The notes under the pieces are model-generated. The model had not been told where the DNA came from. It made no database searches and saw only the letters and a program-made list of their open reading frames with translations. This document shows positions 62,350 through 64,000 of a DNA stretch of 64,000 nucleotides, piece after piece (the first letter of the stretch is position 1; each line of letters begins with the position of its first letter). The position numbers were made by a program, and so were the translations under genes. Source of the stretch: an uncultured delta proteobacterium (GTDB lineage: Bacteria; Myxococcota_A; Polyangia; Fen-1088); the NCBI GenBank assembly GCA_963755125.1, contig CAVWIP010000011.1, forward strand, positions 64,001-128,000, in the 5' to 3' direction.

Positions 62350-64000
62350 ATGGAGAAGAGTCAGTCGGTTTCTGCTAGGCATCGCATTGCATTGGCGCTG
62401 GTCCTGACGGGGCTGTCGCTGCTGCTCATCCGCGCCGCGCTGGTCGTCGATCTGCTGCCCACCAACGACGGGCCCCAGCACCTGTTCTCCAGCTACGCTG
62501 CGGTTCATTTGGACGACGCCGGCACCGGCTATTCCCGCTACCTGGAGGTCGGTACACCCAGCACCAGCCTGGGATTCGACGGTCTGTATCGTGCGCTGCT
62601 GGTCGCATTCGACTGGCGTCTGGCGCACCAGGTGGCCATCGCCATCATGGCGCTGGTGTGGGCCTGGGGTACGGTGGCCCTGGCCGGCGCACTAGGGAGA
62701 ACGTGGCTGGGTTTGCTGGGGTTCGTGGCGGCGTACCAGTGGATCCTGTACATGGGGTTCTACTCGTTCTTCCTTTCGGCCGGCGTCGGGCTGTTCCTGG
62801 TGGCAGGCGCCTGCAGCGACCGAGCGCTGTCCACGCGACGGCACGTCCTGCTGGGAGTGGGCCTGCTCTGCCAGGTCCTGCTGCACGTGTTCCCCGCCCT
62901 GCTCACCGCCTTGGTCATGGCCATCGTGCTGTTCTTGCGCGCCCAGCCCGGCCGCCGCAGGGTCGAGCTCGCACGCATCGCCGCCATGACAACTCCGGTT
63001 GTCGTTCCTCTGCTGCTCTCTCTTCACGGCACGACCACGGTATTCGCGGGTCCGGCCGCTTCCCTGGGCGAGCGGCTGCTCTTGCTCGGGCAGGCCTTCG
63101 TGGGCGGACCCTCGTGGCGGGCATTCTCCCTGCCCTTACTGGCCGGGTGCGGGTTGCTGGCCACGCTGCTGCGGTGGCGGGCCGGCGCGAAGACGGCCGG
63201 CGTTTCATCGCCTTCGTCGGCTGAGAAGGGGCTGGCGCTGGCGGGCGTGTTGCTGGTCGCTCTGGCGGTCGCGCTGCCCCTCAGCCTGCCGACGTGGCAA
63301 TTCTTCTGCGTTCGCTTCTCGCCCATGGGCATCACCATTCTGGCGCTGCTGCTGCCCATCGAGCGCCTGCAACGGCTGTCGCTGGTCTGGGCTGCGCGCA
63401 TGGGTTTGCTGGTGCTCGCGTGCACCTCGCTGGCGTGGTCGAGCTGGTTCCACGTTCTGTTGCGACGCTGGGCCGCAGACGCCCTGTCGGGCCTGGACGC
63501 CCCTATCAGGCGATCGGGCCCCCGCCTCGATCTCACCCTCGCCAAGGAATTGCCAAGCCCATGGTTTCCCTTCCTCGCTCCCCTGCACGGGCTGGTCCCG
63601 CTTTACGCCACCGCGCAGGGCGGAACCCCCTCACGCATGTTCATCGGTGCCTCGGACAAACATATCCTGCAATATCGCCGCCACCCGGCTGGCCCCATCC
63701 TGGACATTCCCCCGCCCGAGGAAATCCAGTCCCTCAACCATTTTCCCGACCGATCCCGCCGCCTGCGGCAGCTCGATGACTTGCTCAGCTACGCTCCCGG
63801 CTACGACGACATCGTCCTGTACGGCTCGGCCGCGGACGTGGAGGCGCTCACCCGACGTGGCTTTCACATCGACTTCTCACGGGGCGCGCTGGCTATCGCC
63901 CGCTTTCGCGCCTGTCCGGTCGACATCGAGCTGGTCGAGCGCAGCCCTACCCGCCCAGCGGTGTTCCTCGAGATAGCCTGGCATCGACACGGGCGCATCC
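62350..64000 (+). CDS. large polytopic membrane protein (GT-C-like), runs off the window
   Basis: Manual translation from ATG 62350: MEKSQSVSARHRIALALVL...LLPTNDGPQH...YMGFYSF...; many TMs; absent from the ORF track, consistent with no stop inside the window. Confidence 0.7.
   Translation, partial: MEKSQSVSARHRIALALVLTGLSLLLIRAALVVDLLPTNDGPQHLFSSYAAVHLDDAGTGYSRYLEVGTPSTSLGFDGLYRALLVAFDWRLAHQVAIAIMALVWAWGTVALAGALGRTWLGLLGFVAAYQWILYMGFYSFFLSAGVGLFLVAGACSDRALSTRRHVLLGVGLLCQVLLHVFPALLTALVMAIVLFLRAQPGRRRVELARIAAMTTPVVVPLLLSLHGTTTVFAGPAASLGERLLLLGQAFVGGPSWRAFSLPLLAGCGLLATLLRWRAGAKTAGVSSPSSAEKGLALAGVLLVALAVALPLSLPTWQFFCVRFSPMGITILALLLPIERLQRLSLVWAARMGLLVLACTSLAWSSWFHVLLRRWAADALSGLDAPIRRSGPRLDLTLAKELPSPWFPFLAPLHGLVPLYATAQGGTPSRMFIGASDKHILQYRRHPAGPILDIPPPEEIQSLNHFPDRSRRLRQLDDLLSYAPGYDDIVLYGSAADVEALTRRGFHIDFSRGALAIARFRACPVDIELVERSPTRPAVFLEIAWHRHGRI

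Overview
High-GC bacterial chromosomal window, most consistent with Myxococcota/Polyangia (many lipoproteins with long Gly/Ser/Thr linkers, paired ArsA-like ATPase domains, PilZ, RCC1 repeats). Main blocks: (1) a PD-(D/E)XK-like/class III nucleotide cyclase fusion and exported hydrolases; (2) a type VI secretion operon tssA-B-C-hcp-E-F-G-clpV with no vgrG, PAAR, tssK or tssJLM in the window. It is followed, after one lipoprotein gene, by an unusual lipoprotein built as beta-sandwich + 34 collagen Gly-X-Y triplets + two tandem Hcp-like domains, the best candidate here for a novel system because a collagen trimer would present a 6-domain Hcp ring; (3) housekeeping genes (pgk, ddl, dapA, dapB); (4) an Omp85-POT-prolyl oligopeptidase unit with a deleted RiPP radical-SAM remnant; (5) a circularly permuted GH45; (6) an MMPL transporter, an 81-bp REP-like array and a degenerate MurQ; (7) an arsenic cluster (2x arsR, arsM, 2x arsC, acr3, TusA-DsrE fusion, exported methyltransferase) plus molybdate genes; (8) orphan pfaD, a truncated DNA methyltransferase and GT-C-type membrane proteins. 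All family calls come from motif recognition by eye; no searches were run.
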